Of a stretch of DNA of 64,000 bases, positions 41,765 through 51,689 are shown piece by piece. A program made the position numbers and the translations under genes. The first letter of the stretch is position 1. Each line of letters starts with the position of its first letter. The DNA is taken from NCBI GenBank assembly GCA_039588295.1, contig JBDHAB010000018.1, positions 1-64,000 on the forward strand, read 5' to 3'. The notes beneath the pieces were generated by a model that saw nothing but the letters and a program-made list of their open reading frames with translations, made no database searches and had not been told where the DNA came from. Origin of the DNA: Gemmatimonadota bacterium. GTDB taxonomy: Bacteria > Gemmatimonadota > Gemmatimonadetes > Gemmatimonadales > GWC2-71-9.

Positions 41765-42766
41765 ATGCAGATCGCTGTGATCGGGGCGGGGAGCTGGGGC
41801 ACGACCCTGGCCGACCTCCTGGCGAGAAACGGTCACGAAGTACGTATCTGGGCGTACGAGCCCGAGGTCGTCGAGACGATCAACCGCGATCACGTCAACC
41901 AGATGTTCCTCGCTGACTCGCGGATCGCCGAGAGCGTCCTGGCGGTGCCCCACTTGGCGGAGGCGGTGCGCGGTGCAGAGCTCGTCGTCAGTGCCGCGCC
42001 GTCCCACGCGGTCCGGGACGTGAGCCAAACCATCGCGGGCGCGCTCGACGGTGACCTCCCGCCGACGGTCGTGAGTGTGAGCAAGGGCCTCGAAACGGAC
42101 AGCCTGAAGATCATGACCGAGGTCCTCGGCGAGACCCTTCCCGGCCCATCCCTGGTCGCGCTCTCCGGACCGAGCTTCGCGCAAGAGGTGTTTGCCCGCC
42201 AACCCACGGCGGTTGTGGCAGCCTCGGATAGCCCGGCCGCGGCCGTCACGGCACAGCGAGCGTTTTCTGCGGCGCACTTCCGGGTCTACACGAGTGAGGA
42301 TCTGGTGGGCGTGCAGCTAGGCGGCGCGCTCAAGAACGTGATTGCCATTGCGGCCGGTCTCTTGCACGGGCTCCGGCTGGGGCACAATGCCCTTGCGGCG
42401 CTCATCACGCGCGGGCTTGCGGAAATGAGCAGGCTGGGTGAGACGCTGGGCGCCAAGCCGCTCACGTTCTCCGGCCTGGCAGGAATGGGCGATCTCATTC
42501 TCACTGCCACCGGGGCGTTGTCACGGAACCGCGCCCTCGGAATCGAGCTCGCGGAAGGACGAACGCTCACCGAGATCTTGGCGGGCCGACGCACTGTCGC
42601 GGAGGGCATCAAGACGGCCCGCGCGGCGGTGGCCCTCGAACAGCGCAGCGGTGTCGAGCTGCCAATTGCGTCTGAAGTGGCCAACATCCTGTTCGAGGGC
42701 AAGAACCCGGAGCACGCGGTGCGGGATTTGATGGAACGCGAACTCAAGGCGGAGCATTGGCGATGA
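41765..42766 (+). CDS. gpsA: NAD(P)H-dependent glycerol-3-phosphate dehydrogenase
   Basis: GAGSWGT, SKGLE, LSGPSFA, GGALKNVIAIAAG, GLAGMGDL, SRN. Confidence 0.95.
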   Translation: MQIAVIGAGSWGTTLADLLARNGHEVRIWAYEPEVVETINRDHVNQMFLADSRIAESVLAVPHLAEAVRGAELVVSAAPSHAVRDVSQTIAGALDGDLPPTVVSVSKGLETDSLKIMTEVLGETLPGPSLVALSGPSFAQEVFARQPTAVVAASDSPAAAVTAQRAFSAAHFRVYTSEDLVGVQLGGALKNVIAIAAGLLHGLRLGHNALAALITRGLAEMSRLGETLGAKPLTFSGLAGMGDLILTATGALSRNRALGIELAEGRTLTEILAGRRTVAEGIKTARAAVALEQRSGVELPIASEVANILFEGKNPEHAVRDLMERELKAEHWR

Positions 42767-43143
42767 CGGCTTCGCAACCTGTACAGGAGTTCTTCTCGAT
42801 CGGCGATGTCTGTCAGCTGACCGACCTCAAGCCGCACGTTCTGCGGTACTGGGAAAGTCAGTTCCGGTTCCTCAATCCGGCGAAGAATCGATCGGGAAAT
42901 CGCGTCTACCAGCGACGCGAAATCGAGCTGATCATGCTCGTCAAGCACCTGCTCTACACGGAGAAGTACACCATCGAGGGTGCGCGCCGACGAATCGAGC
43001 AGTACCGGAGGACCGGCTCCCTCAAGACGGAAGCGCGCTTCGCGCTCCAGCAGGAGACGATCGAGAGCCTCCGGGCGGAACTCCGGACCATCCTCGACCT
43101 GCTCGAGGGTAGAGCCACGACCGTTGAACATCCTTCTCAGTAA
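42763..43143 (+). CDS. MerR family transcriptional regulator
   Basis: FSIGDVC..LKPHVLRYWESQF, GNRVY, YTIEGAR. Confidence 0.9.
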   Translation: MTASQPVQEFFSIGDVCQLTDLKPHVLRYWESQFRFLNPAKNRSGNRVYQRREIELIMLVKHLLYTEKYTIEGARRRIEQYRRTGSLKTEARFALQQETIESLRAELRTILDLLEGRATTVEHPSQ

Positions 43144-43876
43144 CGACGACGGCGTTCTCGCACGGGGGTTGGAGGTGCTCGCCGACGTGTGCCGAATGGT
43201 GGGCAGTGTCACCGTCGTCGCGCCCGACCGGGAGCAGAGCGGGGCCAGTCATTCACTGACGCTCGGCCGGCCGCTGCGTTCCACTCGGCGGCCGGACGGT
43301 TCCATCCAAGTGGATGGAACGCCCACCGACTGTGTCCTTCTGGCGTTGGGCGCGCTGCTCGACCGGAGGCCCGATTTCGTCGTCTCCGGCATCAACCACG
43401 GCCCGAACATGGGAGAAGACGTGCTGTATTCGGGTACGGTCGCGGCCGCCATGGAGGCCCTCTCGTTCGGTATCCCGGGAATCGCTGTCTCGCTGGCAGG
43501 CGACCAAGTGGACCTCCTCGACAGCCATCGGCCCTGGCTCGAGCGCCTCATCAAGGACATCGTGCTCGTGGACGGCTTCCCGAAGGAGACGCTCCTGAAC
43601 GTCAATCTGCCACCGATTCCCGGCGACCGCATCGGCGGCATTCGGGTTACCACGCTCGGGAGGCGGGTCTATTCCGATTCGCTGCTGCAGACCAAGGACC
43701 CGTGGGGGCGAACCGGGTACTGGATCGGCGGCGGGCAAATCTCCTGGTCGGGTCGGGAGGATTCGGATTTCCGGGCCATCCAGGACGGCTTCATCTCCGT
43801 AACACCGCTGCACCTCGACCTCACCAACTACGATTTGCTCGAAGACGTCCGCGGGTGGCAGCTCGGAGCGTCGTGA
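43124..43876 (+). CDS. surE: 5'/3'-nucleotidase SurE
   Basis: ILLSNDDG, QSGASHSLT, GTPTDCV, SGINHGPNMG, YSGTVAAAME; TTG start. Confidence 0.95.
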   Translation: MNILLSNDDGVLARGLEVLADVCRMVGSVTVVAPDREQSGASHSLTLGRPLRSTRRPDGSIQVDGTPTDCVLLALGALLDRRPDFVVSGINHGPNMGEDVLYSGTVAAAMEALSFGIPGIAVSLAGDQVDLLDSHRPWLERLIKDIVLVDGFPKETLLNVNLPPIPGDRIGGIRVTTLGRRVYSDSLLQTKDPWGRTGYWIGGGQISWSGREDSDFRAIQDGFISVTPLHLDLTNYDLLEDVRGWQLGAS

Positions 43877-44526
43877 CGGACTCCTACGGCGGCTACCGAG
43901 CGCGGCTCGTCGAGGCACTCCGCGAGCAGGGGATTCGCGACATGGCGGTCCTCCGAGCCTTCGGGGAGACGCCACGCCACCTGTTCGTGCCAGAGGCGCT
44001 GCGTCGCCGAGCCTACGACGACGCCGCGCTGCCCATCGGCCACGGCCAGACGATCTCCCAGCCGAGCACGCAGGCCCAGTACCTGGGCGCCCTGGACCTG
44101 CAGGGCCGCGAGCGCGTGCTCGAGGTGGGCACCGGATCCGGTTACCAAGCGGCACTCCTGTCACACCTGGTGCCGCGGGTGGTGTCGGTAGAGTGCGTCC
44201 GCGAGCTGGCGGAGCAGGCGATGGCTGCCTTGGCTGCCGCGGGCGTGCAGAACGTGCTCGTGATCGCCGGTGACGGCTCCCTGGGCTGGCGACCCGAGGC
44301 ACCCTACGATGCTGTGCTTGTCTCGGCAGCAAGCCCCGCTGTGCCCGAACCGTTGCTTCACCAGCTCGCTGAAGGGGGGAAGCTGGTGGTGCCGATTCAG
44401 CGTGGGAGCACCCAGGAACTCGTGCGCGTCGTGAGGCGCGGCGATACCTTCGCCCACGACCACCTGGGCGAGGCGCACTTCGTCCCGCTTCGGGGGAGAC
44501 ACGGATTTCCGCAGGGCGAGGCGTAG
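43873..44526 (+). CDS. pcm: Protein-L-isoaspartate O-methyltransferase
   Basis: PRHLFV, AYDDAALPIGHGQTISQP, VLEVGTGSGYQ, GDGSLGW..APYD, FVPL. Confidence 0.95.
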   Translation: MTDSYGGYRARLVEALREQGIRDMAVLRAFGETPRHLFVPEALRRRAYDDAALPIGHGQTISQPSTQAQYLGALDLQGRERVLEVGTGSGYQAALLSHLVPRVVSVECVRELAEQAMAALAAAGVQNVLVIAGDGSLGWRPEAPYDAVLVSAASPAVPEPLLHQLAEGGKLVVPIQRGSTQELVRVVRRGDTFAHDHLGEAHFVPLRGRHGFPQGEA

Positions 44527-44529
44527 GTC

Positions 44530-45198
44530 GTGCTCGAATCAGTCGTCACCTGGCTCACTGAGACGATCCTCCGTCTGGGATACCCCGGAATCATGCTGCT
44601 CATGGCGCTGGAGTCGTCGTTCTTCCCATTTCCCAGCGAGGTGGTGCTGCCGCCGGCGGGTTACCTGGCCGCGCAGGGACGCATGAACGCCTTCGTCGCC
44701 CTGGGTGCCGGGCTGCTTGGAAGTCTGATTGGCGCACTCTTCAACTACTACCTGGCGGTCGCCCTAGGGCGACCGCTGCTTCATCGGTACCACCGCTTTC
44801 TCCTGATCCGTGAAAGCTCGCTCGACCGGGCAGAGGGGTTCTTCCGCCGACACGGCGAGGTCAGCACGTTTGTCGGCAGACTGATTCCGGTCATCCGGCA
44901 GCTGATCTCCTTACCCGCGGGCCTCGCTCGAATGCGTCTCGAGCGGTTTGCCGTCTACACCGCGCTGGGCGCGGGCATCTGGTGCGCCATCCTCACCTTC
45001 ATTGGGTGGTATGTGGGTCGCCATGCCGGGGTCGTAACCGGCATCGATGCCGTGATCTCGAGCCCGGACATCAGACGATACACTTCGCGCGCGGCTCTCG
45101 TGCTCATTCCCGTCATCGCCCTGGTGCTCGGCGTCTATGTCTTCATACACCGACGGCGCCGAGTCCGGTCGGATGCCGAAGGAGGGGCTCACACGTGA
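44530..45198 (+). CDS. DedA family membrane protein
   Basis: ESSFFPFPSEVVLPPAG, FVGRLIPVIRQLISLPAG. Confidence 0.9.
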   Translation: MLESVVTWLTETILRLGYPGIMLLMALESSFFPFPSEVVLPPAGYLAAQGRMNAFVALGAGLLGSLIGALFNYYLAVALGRPLLHRYHRFLLIRESSLDRAEGFFRRHGEVSTFVGRLIPVIRQLISLPAGLARMRLERFAVYTALGAGIWCAILTFIGWYVGRHAGVVTGIDAVISSPDIRRYTSRAALVLIPVIALVLGVYVFIHRRRRVRSDAEGGAHT

Positions 45199-45479
45199 AC
45201 GCCGCACCGGTTGCTTGGCGGTGGGTGGTCTCCGGCAGGGTGCAGGGCGTTGGGTTTCGCTGGTTCGTCCTTCGGCGCGCACAGGAGTTGGATTTGGTGG
45301 GCTGGGTCAGCAACCTGCCAGATGGGCGGGTCGAGGTTGCGGCCCAAGGGACGCGGACGGCAATTGAGGCACTGGAGGCCGCCATCACGCGCGGCCCGAG
45401 AATAGCCCGTGTGGACCATGTGGAAAAACACGAGATTCCACACGAGATGGCGGATTATAAGTCATTTCATGTAAGATAG
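45195..45479 (+). CDS. acyP: Acylphosphatase
   Basis: VSGRVQGVGFR, GWVSNLPDGRVE, GP..ARV. Confidence 0.92.
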   Translation: MNAAPVAWRWVVSGRVQGVGFRWFVLRRAQELDLVGWVSNLPDGRVEVAAQGTRTAIEALEAAITRGPRIARVDHVEKHEIPHEMADYKSFHVR

Positions 45480-45679
45480 TTATAGGTTATGGATGAAGCC
45501 GTGCGCGGCTTGAGCTTGAAGCTGAGATGGCTGCTGGACCCGTCGAAACCGCGCTGCGACTGCACAGCCCGACTGGTTCCGATGTGGCAGCCGTCGCCGG
45601 GTGCCACTTGCGCGCATTTCGGTGGACCGTGCAGGCGGTTGGATCGGCACGGAGACTCCGTTAGTTTATCGAGCCTGTT

Positions 45680-45753
45680 GCCCCTGTAGCTCAGTTGGAT
45701 AGAGCAGCGGTTTCCTAAACCGTTGGCCGGGTGTTCGAGTCACCCCAGGGGCA
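45680..45753 (+). tRNA. tRNA-Arg(CCT), CCA not directly encoded
   Basis: GCCCCTG/CAGGGGC acceptor, AGCTCAGTTGGATAGAGC D arm, TTCCTAA loop, GTTCGAGTC. Confidence 0.95.
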
Positions 45754-45853
45754 TCACCAAACGGCCACTCGAGCGGGCGCCCGCGATTCGCGCCGCCCGA
45801 TGACACATCTGTGAGTCGGTGGACTCCAACAAACGCAATCGCGTAGAGGACCC

Positions 45854-46519
45854 GTGGCAACAGAACGTCAGACAGCTTCCCGAGATCCCGGTCAGCAGTT
45901 CATCGAGTTGGTGGCCAAACATCGCCGCAGGCTCATCGGGGGTGCGGTGGCAGTGATCGCCCTCGGGGCGGGGGTCTGGTTCGTCCGGGAATATCAGCAA
46001 CGCCGAGAGAACGCTGCCCGGCAGACCCTGGACCAGGCGCGTTTCGCGACGCAGACGGGCAATCTCGCCCTCGCGGCCAGTGACCTTTCCCGCCTCATCG
46101 CCAGCTACGGGGGAACCAGCGCGGCTGACGAGGCCGTGGTGATTCTCGCGCAAGTTCGTCTGTTGGAGAACCAGGCCGCGCTCGCGACCCAGGAACTCCG
46201 CCAGGCCATCGACCAGGGCCTGGACGACCAGTTCCTGGCACCCGCCTATGGCCTTCTGGGAACGGCACTGGAGAACCTCGGGAATCAAACCGATGCCGGA
46301 GAGGCCTACGAGAATGCGGCCGACGCGTCTTGGTACGGCTTCCTCGCCGCTCAGTACCTGAGCGACGCCGGACGGGCCTTTGCGAATGGCGGGGATACCG
46401 CCCGCGCCATCGCGGCGTACGAGCGCATAATGCGCGATCACGAGACCGCTCCGACCGCTCTCGAGGCACGCGTCAGGCTCGCCGAACTCCGAGCTGCAGG
46501 CCCCAGCGGGACCCTTTAG
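45854..46519 (+). CDS. YfgM-like membrane-anchored TPR protein
   Basis: Single TM helix followed by TPR helices, YGGTSAA motif; GAGG RBS. Confidence 0.75.
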   Translation: MATERQTASRDPGQQFIELVAKHRRRLIGGAVAVIALGAGVWFVREYQQRRENAARQTLDQARFATQTGNLALAASDLSRLIASYGGTSAADEAVVILAQVRLLENQAALATQELRQAIDQGLDDQFLAPAYGLLGTALENLGNQTDAGEAYENAADASWYGFLAAQYLSDAGRAFANGGDTARAIAAYERIMRDHETAPTALEARVRLAELRAAGPSGTL

Positions 46520-46589
46520 CCAACGGGCTTGACCCTAGTGCGACACGGTGTTTTCGCTGCCGTCCGCCATTGCCTCTGCGTGCGGCTAC

Positions 46590-46617
46590 AATGCGTATAA
46601 GATATGTTATGTTAAGT
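46590..46617. other. XerC/XerD dif site (replication terminus)
   Basis: AATGCGTATAA-GATATG-TTATGTTAAGT fits the 11-6-11 dif pattern (E. coli GGTGCGCATAA-TGTATA-TTATGTTAAAT); gene orientation flips here. Confidence 0.92.
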
Positions 46618-46784
46618 AAATGCCAACGTGTCTGTGGAAAACGGTCGCGCGCTGATGGTTGATAGTTCCCTAACGCGTTATCCAAGGGTTGGTTAGACTG
46701 GTTGCGACCCGAGTGGGCCCAAGCCCCGGTGACTGGGTGACAGCCAACAGTCGCGCCCGCTCGAACCCCAAGTGCCGCGATGGC

Positions 46785-47636
46785 TCACGTGAGATCTACG
46801 TGGCAGTCCGTGGCACCGCTCAGAATCGCGCGAAACACCATTCGCGCTTGGCCAGCCAGGCGCGGGCGCGCCAGGCGGCCATCTGGCGATTGAGCGGCGG
46901 ACACGGTGAGGACACTGCCTGAGGCCGTCCGCAAGTCGATGGGGGTCGCGACTCCCTGCACGGCCACGAGCGTGGCGGCGCAGGCCACGGCACCGGTCCC
47001 GCAGGCCAGCGTTTCCGCCTCGACACCGCGCTCGTAGGTCCGCATGCTCCATTCCCCATGTCCGTTCGCGAGGAAGTTCACATTCGCCCCGTCCGGACCG
47101 ATCTCCGCATGGCCCCGCAGTTCCCTCCCCCGCTCCACCAGGGAAACCCGACTGACGTCGTCGACCACGACCACGAGGTGAGGTACGCCGACGGTCGCCA
47201 ACCGCATGGCCTGCTCTCCCTCGGCAAGGTCGATTGCGGGAGCCGTAAGCTCCGACGGTGAGGACAGCTCGATCTCGGCGCGCTCCTCGGGCCGGGGAAA
47301 ACAGCGGCCGCGCACCCGACCGGCGTCGGTCTCCAGCAGGACCGTGGACGGATCCGCCATGTCGAGCCACGCGGCCAGCCGGGTGGCACACAGGGCGGCG
47401 TTGCCGCACATCTCCGCACGGCCTCCGTCACGATTGAAGAAGTGAAATCGGACCGCGTTCGGCTCAGAACCCGGCTGCAGAATCACCAATCCGTCCGCCC
47501 CAACACCCGTTCCTCGTGCACACACGGCCCGGATGCGCTCGGCGTCCCAGTCCTCCAGCGACTCGCTCCGCCCGGCGAGAAACACGAAGTCGTTGCCCGA
47601 CCCCGTCATCTTGTAGATCACTTGACCATCGAACAT
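46785..47636 (-). CDS. dapF: Diaminopimelate epimerase
   Basis: KMTGSGNDF, GVGADG, EMCGNAALC, GVPH, NVNF, RTYERGVEAETLACGTG. Confidence 0.95.
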   Translation of the reverse strand: MFDGQVIYKMTGSGNDFVFLAGRSESLEDWDAERIRAVCARGTGVGADGLVILQPGSEPNAVRFHFFNRDGGRAEMCGNAALCATRLAAWLDMADPSTVLLETDAGRVRGRCFPRPEERAEIELSSPSELTAPAIDLAEGEQAMRLATVGVPHLVVVVDDVSRVSLVERGRELRGHAEIGPDGANVNFLANGHGEWSMRTYERGVEAETLACGTGAVACAATLVAVQGVATPIDLRTASGSVLTVSAAQSPDGRLARPRLAGQARMVFRAILSGATDCHVDLT

Positions 47637-47664
47637 CTTGCTGCCCCCCACCGCCATCGAGCGC

Positions 47665-48390
47665 CTAGAGGCGCCTGAAGATCGCCTGGAGCCGCAGCCG
47701 CCAGACCATCCAAACGGCTTCCCGGATGATTGCGCCAGACATTTTGCTCTCTCCCTCGGTGCGATCCACGAATACGATCGGTATTTCCTTGATGCGAAAG
47801 CCTTTGCGGGCGGCCCGCAAGCTCATTTCGATCTGGAAGGCATAGCCATTGGAGTGAACGGCCTCCAGGTCAATCGCCTCGAGAACTCGGCGTCGATAGC
47901 ATTTGAACCCGCCGGTAGAGTCGCAGACCTTGAGCCCCGTAATCACCCGGGCGTAGATATTGGCACAGTAACTCAGCAACAGCCGCGGCATGGGCCAGTT
48001 CACGACCGTCACACGCCCGTCCAGATAACGCGACCCCAGCACCAGGTCCGCATCGGCCGCGGCCTGCAGGAACTCTGGGAGATGCTTGGGGTCGTGCGAG
48101 AAATCCGCGTCCATTTCAAAGACGAATTCGTAGTCGCGGTCCAGCGCCCAGCGAAATCCCGCCCGGTACGCGGTGCCAAGACCCAACTTCCCCTCTCGAT
48201 GCAGCACATGAACGCGTGGCTCCCCGGCGGCGACCTCGTCGGCCAGCCGCCCGGTACCGTCCGGCGAGTTGTCGTCCACGATGAGGACCTCGATACGCTC
48301 GTCCTGCTCGAGTACCAGCGGCAGGATCTGCTGGAGGTTCCTCGCCTCGTTGTAGGTCGGGATGATGACCAGTGCCTTATCGTCAGGCAC
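47665..48390 (-). CDS. Polyprenol monophosphomannose synthase-like GT2 (DPM1/Ppm1 type)
   Basis: IIPTYNE, VDDNSPDGTG, KLGLGTAY, EMDADFSHDP, GSRY, SNGYAFQIEM. Confidence 0.9.
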   Translation of the reverse strand: MPDDKALVIIPTYNEARNLQQILPLVLEQDERIEVLIVDDNSPDGTGRLADEVAAGEPRVHVLHREGKLGLGTAYRAGFRWALDRDYEFVFEMDADFSHDPKHLPEFLQAAADADLVLGSRYLDGRVTVVNWPMPRLLLSYCANIYARVITGLKVCDSTGGFKCYRRRVLEAIDLEAVHSNGYAFQIEMSLRAARKGFRIKEIPIVFVDRTEGESKMSGAIIREAVWMVWRLRLQAIFRRL

Positions 48391-50770
48391 GTCGGCTCCG
48401 GGTCAGCGGTGGTCCAATGAGGACGGCCACAAGGACGATGAGGGACAGCCAAGTGATGAAACGTCCCCGCGTATAGGCCGAGCTTCGGAAGTCGAGCGTG
48501 ACCTGTTCCGCACCTGCGGAGACCGGAACGGTGATGATCGACACGTTGCCTCGCACTACCTGGGCTTCCACACCATCCACGGTTGCAGACCAGTCCGGGT
48601 ACCAGTTCTCACCGACCACCAGATACCCGTCCTCGGGAGCCTCGGGAGAGATGCGGAGGCGCATCGCACCCGGCTCCCAAGCCTCGACCACCACGTCAAC
48701 ATCGAACGGCTCGGGCATCGCGCTCACTGGCACCGGCTCGTGGCTCGACTCGGGATCGATCAGCACGAGACGGTCCGGGTCGAGATCGGACCGCGGGTTC
48801 GCCAGCGCCGGGATGGCTTCGGCGTCGGAGAGCTTCAGCGCGGCCGGCACGAGGCGGGCCCACCGCACGCCGTCACTCCGCTCGTACAAGTCGGCTGAAC
48901 GGCCCGACCCAATCGCCACATCACGCAGCACCCGGTCGAAGCCGGGGATCCCCTGCTCGACCACGAGCCCCGCGGGAACCACAACGAACCGCACGGCATA
49001 GAGATCCCACAGGTTGCGGCTGCCGACATTCCTCCACTCGTTCTTCCCGCCGAGCAACTCGTCGAATCGGTGCAACTCGTTGCCATGGTATCCGAGCACC
49101 TGCGGCACGCCGTGCGCCATGAGGGTGTTGCCGGGGTAGACCTCGGCCCTGGGGATCTGAAGCACACGGTACGGCCCGGCCGTCGAACGGAGATGCTCGA
49201 TGATCGCGTCATCACTGAGCAGTTCCTGCTCGATCGGAGTGAACGTCCAGAACGGCTTGGCGTTGAGCCAGAGGTCGGCTCCGATGACGAGGGGCGTCAC
49301 CACCGCGAAGGCGAGCACCGGGATGATCTCTCGTTTCAACGCCGCCGCGAGGGCCGCCAGCACGACGAGCGCAACACCGCTGAGGACAGCCCCCAATCGT
49401 ATCGCGCCCTGCGCGGCGTCGGCAGCGGCGACTGGGCGTCCCCCAGCCCCCTGAACATCGAGTGCCAGGAACCGCGCGAACCCGCCGACGGCACCCAACG
49501 CTGCGAGCAGCACCACGACCCCACCCGCCGCGAACCAAACACCAACATGGCGCTTCCCTTCGCCCCGCTCCAAACGCTGCACGCCGAACCCCGCGAACGC
49601 GGACACGGCGAAGGCCACCACGAACAGCGCCATGCCTGGCGCTCGCACCTTCTTCATGAATGGCATGACCTCGTACCATGCCCGGTAAAAGGGGGTCGCG
49701 GCACCCTGTGCGATGAGTAGGAACAGAAGCCCGATCGCAGACAGCCACACGACAAGACGGCGCCTCCTGGGATCGGCCAGGCCAAGAACCGACAGCGCCA
49801 CGACGGGAAGCCCCAGGTACTCCGAGTGAAGCTTGATTGGATTGCTCGCCCAATACGTCCCGTCCTGCGACGTGCCAAGGAAGCCGGCCAGGAACAGCTC
49901 CGGGATGTGCGACCAGGGAATGGCGTAGGACGTCGCTTCCTCGAAACCCCGATAGGTCTCCGCCCGCGGCGAGTAAGGGAGATACTCGTAGAACGGCAGG
50001 ACCTGAATCATGCCGATGCCGAAGCCCAACAAGACCGCCGCCAGCGCGGCACCGAGCTGCCCCACAGCCACCCTTCGGGTCGGCGCGCTCTCATCTCCGA
50101 ATGCGAGGTAGAGTGCGAAGATGCCGGCGGCAACCAGCAAGTAGTAGAGCATCTGCGGATGCGGGCTCAGCACGCCGAGTCCGACGGTCAACGCGAGGAG
50201 CGCATGGCCTGCAAGCCGCTGTCGCCTGAACGCCAGGACGAGCGCGATGCATGCCAGCGGCAGCAGTGCCGTCACAAACAGCTTCCCGTCGTGGCCCGGC
50301 TGCACGTACGAGCCGATGACGCCGGACAGTTGGTACGCGAGGGCCCCCGTGACTGATCCTGCCCAGGAGCACTTGAGCAGCCGAAGCAGGAGATACAGGA
50401 AGAGGCCGGCAAGGGCGTAGTGCACGATGAACCCGAGGTTCATCGCGAGCCCGACTGGCAGCACGAGGCGCAGCCACGCGGTGGGATAGAAGATGTCGCC
50501 ATGCATGGCGCCGGCAAACGGGAGGCCGCCAAAGATCTCGGGATTCCACAGGGGAAAGTGTCCGAGCGTCCGCCACTGATCGACGGCCCATTGCCGGACC
50601 GCGAACCCGCTCGAGTACTGATCGCTCCAGGGGCCGGCGAGAAACTCTCCGGTCCACATGGGAAGCGAGAGCAAGGCGATCCACACGCTCAACAGACCGA
50701 CGGCACTGAGCGTTGGCCACCGTGGCTCGAACGACGACTCCGTGAGCCGCTCACGTCCGTTCTCAGACAC
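48383..50770 (-). CDS. YfhO family integral-membrane glycosyltransferase (GT-C fold)
   Basis: DQ loop, PLWNPEIFGGLPF, FYP, GHDGK, many TM helices, C-terminal ENWYPDWSATVDG; GTG start inferred. Confidence 0.85.
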   Translation of the reverse strand: MSENGRERLTESSFEPRWPTLSAVGLLSVWIALLSLPMWTGEFLAGPWSDQYSSGFAVRQWAVDQWRTLGHFPLWNPEIFGGLPFAGAMHGDIFYPTAWLRLVLPVGLAMNLGFIVHYALAGLFLYLLLRLLKCSWAGSVTGALAYQLSGVIGSYVQPGHDGKLFVTALLPLACIALVLAFRRQRLAGHALLALTVGLGVLSPHPQMLYYLLVAAGIFALYLAFGDESAPTRRVAVGQLGAALAAVLLGFGIGMIQVLPFYEYLPYSPRAETYRGFEEATSYAIPWSHIPELFLAGFLGTSQDGTYWASNPIKLHSEYLGLPVVALSVLGLADPRRRRLVVWLSAIGLLFLLIAQGAATPFYRAWYEVMPFMKKVRAPGMALFVVAFAVSAFAGFGVQRLERGEGKRHVGVWFAAGGVVVLLAALGAVGGFARFLALDVQGAGGRPVAAADAAQGAIRLGAVLSGVALVVLAALAAALKREIIPVLAFAVVTPLVIGADLWLNAKPFWTFTPIEQELLSDDAIIEHLRSTAGPYRVLQIPRAEVYPGNTLMAHGVPQVLGYHGNELHRFDELLGGKNEWRNVGSRNLWDLYAVRFVVVPAGLVVEQGIPGFDRVLRDVAIGSGRSADLYERSDGVRWARLVPAALKLSDAEAIPALANPRSDLDPDRLVLIDPESSHEPVPVSAMPEPFDVDVVVEAWEPGAMRLRISPEAPEDGYLVVGENWYPDWSATVDGVEAQVVRGNVSIITVPVSAGAEQVTLDFRSSAYTRGRFITWLSLIVLVAVLIGPPLTRSRRA

Positions 50771-51689
50771 CGGTCGTCTCCTTCGCCCCAGCCCGACTCG
50801 CGACGGCAAGGGCCGCGACTCCGACCTCCATGACCGTCAGGAACAAGCGGGACGCCACGCTCAGGACCACGGCTCCGCCCGCTCCCACAATCGGGGTCAG
50901 CACCGTGGCCAGCACCGCCTCCCGCACTCCCAGGCCGCCCGGAGCGAACAGCGCGAGCAGGCCGAGAACGTATCCCGCCGCGAACGTCGCAATGGCCGTC
51001 GACATCGCCAGCGACGTACCGGCGAGGACACCCCTCGAGACGAGCCAGAAGGAGACGCCGTGCGTGACCCAGCTGGCAAGCGTCGCTCCCCCAGCGAGGA
51101 GCGCGGTCCCGAGCGGCAACCCGCGCGCCTCGGCACCACCCCCGAGAAGGCGCATCAATCGGGCACCCGCGGGCTCCCACACCAGGACCCCCACCACGCC
51201 CGCCGTGAGGAGCGCAGCGGCCACGGTGGCCCACAACGTGCTTTCCCGCGGCAGCCCGGACGCCATGACGGCCGCTCCCGTACCCACGGCGAGTGCTTGC
51301 ATCGCGAGTCCCGACGCGGTCGCGGTCCCGGCACGCACTCCGGCGCGCCGCGCGAGAGCCACGAGGCCAGCCACCGTCCAGATCTTCCCCGGAATGTACC
51401 GTCCGAGGTTCGACACCGTCCAAATGTACCCCGCGTCGCGATAGGACAGACGCTCACCCCACCCAAGGATGACCCGCCGCCACGCTTCGATGAGGAAACC
51501 GTAGGTGACGAGCGTCGTGAGCGCCGCCAACGCGATCGGACCGGGGCGGATCGTCACGTCAGCGTTCAGCGCGCGAAACTCCTCCCAATGTGTGAGGAGC
51601 GCTCGCCCAACGAAGGCGAACAACACGATGGCCAGCCCGGCCTGGAGAGCCCAGACGACTCCGCGACGCAACGTCGACCGATCGTTCAT
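50763..51689 (-). CDS. Lysylphosphatidylglycerol-synthase TM domain (flippase-like) protein
   Basis: SNLGRYIPGKIW, APGGLGVRE, multiple TM helices. Confidence 0.82.
   Translation of the reverse strand: MNDRSTLRRGVVWALQAGLAIVLFAFVGRALLTHWEEFRALNADVTIRPGPIALAALTTLVTYGFLIEAWRRVILGWGERLSYRDAGYIWTVSNLGRYIPGKIWTVAGLVALARRAGVRAGTATASGLAMQALAVGTGAAVMASGLPRESTLWATVAAALLTAGVVGVLVWEPAGARLMRLLGGGAEARGLPLGTALLAGGATLASWVTHGVSFWLVSRGVLAGTSLAMSTAIATFAAGYVLGLLALFAPGGLGVREAVLATVLTPIVGAGGAVVLSVASRLFLTVMEVGVAALAVASRAGAKETTGV

Noticed and set aside
45489..45689. 66-aa Cys-containing ORF upstream of tRNA-Arg
   Set aside because: Overlaps the tRNA 5' end, no convincing RBS or family motif
46633..46686. DnaA-box-like TGTGGAAAA (also at 45419) and TTATCCAAG suggesting oriC
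   Set aside because: Few mismatched boxes, no dnaA/dnaN, genes converge rather than diverge, and dif is adjacent
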